From: Candidatus Saccharimonadota bacterium | GTDB taxonomy: Bacteria; Pseudomonadota; Gammaproteobacteria; Enterobacterales; Enterobacteriaceae | Reading direction: 5' to 3' | Assembly: GCA_049942765.1 (NCBI GenBank) | Contig: CP188086.1 | Location: 1-32,000 of the forward strand | Length of the DNA: 32,000 bases | Shown: piece after piece, positions 28,949-32,000 of the stretch | Position numbering within the stretch: position 1 is the stretch's first letter | Layout: each line of letters starts with the position of its first letter | Notes under the pieces: generated by a model | Told to the model about the DNA's origin: nothing | The model's input: the letters and a program-made list of their open reading frames with translations, nothing else | The model's database searches: none | Program-made: the position numbers and the translations under genes

Positions 28949-29868
28949 ATAAATTATACATTTTTATTTATTAACGATATTTTTAGTATATATGAAAGAA
29001 AATAATTATTTATCTAAAAGTTTTTTTAATTTGATAGTTTAATATTATTTAAATAATAAATAATAATTTTTTTATATGAAGTATAAAATATAGAATATTT
29101 TTATCTAATATTTTTTTGTTATTTTTGATTATAATATTTCTTATTTGTTTTTATATAGAATATTGTATATGTAATTTCATGATAATTAATAAGTATTGAT
29201 TTATGTTTAATGGTATATATTTTTTTAGTTAATATTTAGTTTTTAATTATTATATAATCGTTTTTTTGTAAAAATATTTTTTTATTTTTAGTATATTAAT
29301 TTAATTGATTCATTTGTTTCATGTTTATTTTTATTAAATATAATAAAAATATGGTTTAAGTATTTTTTGTCGCATAAAACTGAAATCTTATTAATTGATA
29401 AAAAATATGATTCTTTATTAATATTATTTAAAATATATGGATACATTAATGATTTTTTATTATTTATTTTCTAAGAAAATTGATGTATATAGTGTATAAT
29501 TTTTTTATATCATTATTTTAGATTTTTTAATACAATAAATATTTTTTTATAAGTAATATAAGTTTTTTATTTTTATTTACTTGTAATATTATGATTTATT
29601 TTTAATTTATATAAGAATAAAACGAGTTATATATTTTTTATAAATTATTTGTAAATATATCGTTATGATGATAATTGATAAAATTTTTTTTATTGGTGTC
29701 TGTATAGATTATATACTTAATTGTAAATGTATTTCTAAAATATTTTTTTTAGTTAATTAGATGTAATTAATAAAATAAAACACATGTAATTATATAGAAA
29801 TATTGAAAAAATGTTATTTCTAATCTTATTTTATTTTGTATTTATTTTGTTTTGATTATGTATATATT

Positions 29869-30645
29869 TTACCAATAATTTTCAGTGGTAATTTGTCCTG
29901 GTGTTTTTTTTAAATTTTTTCTTAATTTTTTTGTTGTTTGTAATAATAATTTCATATGTTTAACCATATTTGGATTACCACAAATCATAACATGTGATGT
30001 TTTTGGTTGAATTTCATATCCAATTTTTATTTCTAACTGATTGTTGTGAATAAAATCAGTAATTCTTCCATGTAGAAATCTATGAGTATATTCCTGACTA
30101 GTGATAGCTTCAAAAATAAATCTATTTTTATATAGTTTTTTAAAGTGATTAATTAATGATATGTAGGTTAAATCATTAACATATTTTACAGAATGAATTA
30201 ATATAATTTTTTTAAATTTACATACCCAGGTACCTTCTTGTAAAATAGACAAGAATGGACCAATACCTGTTCCACTTGCAAACATCCATAGTATGTCGCA
30301 ATTATGAATGTTATCAATAGTAAAAAATCCAAATGAATTTTTATTAATTAATATATTATCTCCTGGTTTTAATTTGTATAGGTAATTAGTAAATGTACCT
30401 TGAGGAATTAAAGTGATGTAAAATTCTAAATTGCAGTTATTCGGAGAGTTAACATAAGAATAAGCTCGTTGTATTGTTTTTCCATTAGTGTTAATCATTG
30501 CTAGTTGGTTAAATTGCCCTGCTGAAAAAGGTTTAATTGGTGCTCTTATGATTATGCTAAATAAGAACTTTGTCCATTTTGTAATTTTGAAGACAGTACC
30601 GTTCAGCCATCTATTCATATTGATTGCTATTTTCTTTTTGATCAA
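29869..30645 (-). CDS. fpr: Ferredoxin/flavodoxin-NADP+ reductase
   Basis: 258-aa ORF. Matches E. coli Fpr at FSAGQFNQL (FTAGQFTKL), QRAYSYVNSPNNCNLEFY (QRAYSYVNSPDNPDLEFY), WMFASGTGIGPFLSIL, SHVMICGNPNMV and the C-terminal TTENYW (TAEHYW). The internal ATG at 30618 (MNRWLNG) aligns better with the E. coli N-terminus and may be the true start. Confidence 0.93.
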   Translation of the reverse strand: MIKKKIAINMNRWLNGTVFKITKWTKFLFSIIIRAPIKPFSAGQFNQLAMINTNGKTIQRAYSYVNSPNNCNLEFYITLIPQGTFTNYLYKLKPGDNILINKNSFGFFTIDNIHNCDILWMFASGTGIGPFLSILQEGTWVCKFKKIILIHSVKYVNDLTYISLINHFKKLYKNRFIFEAITSQEYTHRFLHGRITDFIHNNQLEIKIGYEIQPKTSHVMICGNPNMVKHMKLLLQTTKKLRKNLKKTPGQITTENYW

Positions 30646-30850
30646 AATTGATATGATGATTTTATCAAAGAAGAAGATTTATTAACACAGTTTTATAGAA
30701 TTAATTTAATATTTAATTGTGTTTAAAGTATTTTTAATTTTTTATATTAATAAATATATTATTGCGCATATAGTAAATTACCTATATAAAATATATTTAT
30801 AATAGGTAATTTTATGTAATGTTAATTATTTAATATTTTTAATTAATAGT

Positions 30851-32000
30851 TTACAATATAAATTTACTAAGGTCAGTATTAGATACTAGTTGATCTAAAT
30901 GTTGGCTAACGTATTCAGGATTTATATTAATTTCTGTTGTATTATTTTCTTCAGAAGCATTAAAAGAGATTTCTTCCATTAATTTTTCTAGAACAGTATG
31001 TAATCTTCGAGCACCTATATTTTCCATTGATTCATTTACTTTCCAGGCTGCTTCTGCGATGGATCTAATACCATCTTTAGTAAAGTTAATAGAAATACCT
31101 TCTGTTTGAATTAATGCTTGATATTGTACTGTGATAGAAGCATTTGGTTCTGTTAAAATTCTTTCAAAATCATCAATAGTTAGTGCTTTTAATTCTACTC
31201 TTATTGGTAATCGACCTTGTAATTCAGGTATTAAATCGGAAGGTGTAGATGTTTGAAATGCTCCAGAGGCTATAAATAAAATATGATCAGTTTTGACCAT
31301 TCCATGTTTAGTTGATATAGTACATCCTTCAACTAATGGTAATAAATCTCTTTGCACTCCTTCTCTAGAAATATCTGTACCTGAGGTATTATTGCTTCTT
31401 TTACATACTTTATCAATTTCATCAATAAATACAATTCCATGTTGTTCTACTGCATAAATAGCTTTTTTTTTAATTTCTTCTGGGTTTATTAATTTTGTAG
31501 CTTCTTCTTCAATTAATAATTTCATAGCATCTTTAATTTTTAATTTTCTAGTGTTTTGTTTTTTTCCACTTAGATTTTGAAATAAAGATTGTAGTTGACT
31601 AGTTAATTCTTCCATACCAGGTGGTGCCATTATTTCAACTCCCATAGGTACGGCTGCTACATTAATTTCAATTTCTTTATCATTTAACATTCCATCTTTA
31701 AGTTTTTTTTTAAATGATTGGATTGTTGACGTTTTTGGTTCTGAAGTTTTTTCTTTATCCCAATTATTTTTTGGAGTAGGGACTAAAACATCTAATATTC
31801 GATCTTCGGCTAGTTTTTTAGCTTTGTGTTGGTTTTTTTTTATTTCTTGTCCTCTAATCATTTTTATAGCAGAATCAGTTAAATCTCTGATAATTGAATC
31901 AACTTCTTTACCAACATAACCAATTTCTGTAAATTTTGTAGCTTCTACTTTAATAAATGGAGCATTAGCTAATTTAGCTAATCGTCTAGCAATTTCTGTT
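30851..32000 (-). CDS. hslU: ATP-dependent protease ATPase subunit HslU (partial; 5' end beyond the window)
   Basis: The tracked ORF starts at an internal Met (31861). The frame stays open to the window edge, reading [47 protein letters not shown], which matches E. coli HslU residues ~64-110. Downstream blocks [36 protein letters not shown] and the C-terminus LSKFIL also match. Confidence 0.96.
   Translation of the reverse strand, partial: TEIARRLAKLANAPFIKVEATKFTEIGYVGKEVDSIIRDLTDSAIKMIRGQEIKKNQHKAKKLAEDRILDVLVPTPKNNWDKEKTSEPKTSTIQSFKKKLKDGMLNDKEIEINVAAVPMGVEIMAPPGMEELTSQLQSLFQNLSGKKQNTRKLKIKDAMKLLIEEEATKLINPEEIKKKAIYAVEQHGIVFIDEIDKVCKRSNNTSGTDISREGVQRDLLPLVEGCTISTKHGMVKTDHILFIASGAFQTSTPSDLIPELQGRLPIRVELKALTIDDFERILTEPNASITVQYQALIQTEGISINFTKDGIRSIAEAAWKVNESMENIGARRLHTVLEKLMEEISFNASEENNTTEININPEYVSQHLDQLVSNTDLSKFIL

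Noticed and set aside
27111-29868. Whether the orphan ORF region is just the antisense strand of a decayed prlC (the E. coli neighbour of rsmJ)
   Set aside because: I saw no trace of the PrlC zinc-metallopeptidase HExxH region or other collinear similarity on the minus strand. A 451-codon open frame would not survive by chance in decayed AT-rich DNA. Decayed prlC remnants in the flanking spacers cannot be excluded.
30488-30685. 65-aa ORF antisense to the 5' end of fpr
   Set aside because: It overlaps the conserved fpr N-terminal coding region on the opposite strand. This is a shadow ORF.

Overview
Extremely AT-rich DNA whose proteins are close to E. coli orthologs and keep E. coli-like gene order. 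This fits the reduced chromosome of a gammaproteobacterial insect endosymbiont, most like Buchnera aphidicola. That assignment is inferred from synteny and composition, not from a database search. Gene order: [5.2-kb tandem array] yfgM-der(+) / fdx-hscA-hscB-iscU-iscS(-) / tRNA-Trp / ilvD-ilvC(+) / 2.2-kb gene desert / trxA-rho(+) / tRNA-Arg-His-Pro / hemD-hemC(-) / cyaY(-) / dapF-ynfM(+) / rsmJ(-) / orphan 451-aa ORF(+) / fpr(-) / hslU(-, partial). The main anomaly is a satellite-like array of about 84 copies of a 62-bp unit at 384-5590. It is non-coding, purine-skewed and built from ~9-bp sub-repeats, and it lies next to yfgM, which I recall as origin-proximal in Buchnera maps. Other notable points: a perfect 99-bp palindrome abutting the ilvD ribosome-binding site; single-A frameshifts inside poly(A) tracts in hscA and rsmJ; an hscA that also lacks its C-terminal lid; an unrecognisable 451-aa ORF with its own terminator hairpin; a trxA active site reading CNPC; and several gene-sized non-coding gaps where E. 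coli carries genes. No CRISPR, IS element, integrase or phage gene was seen.
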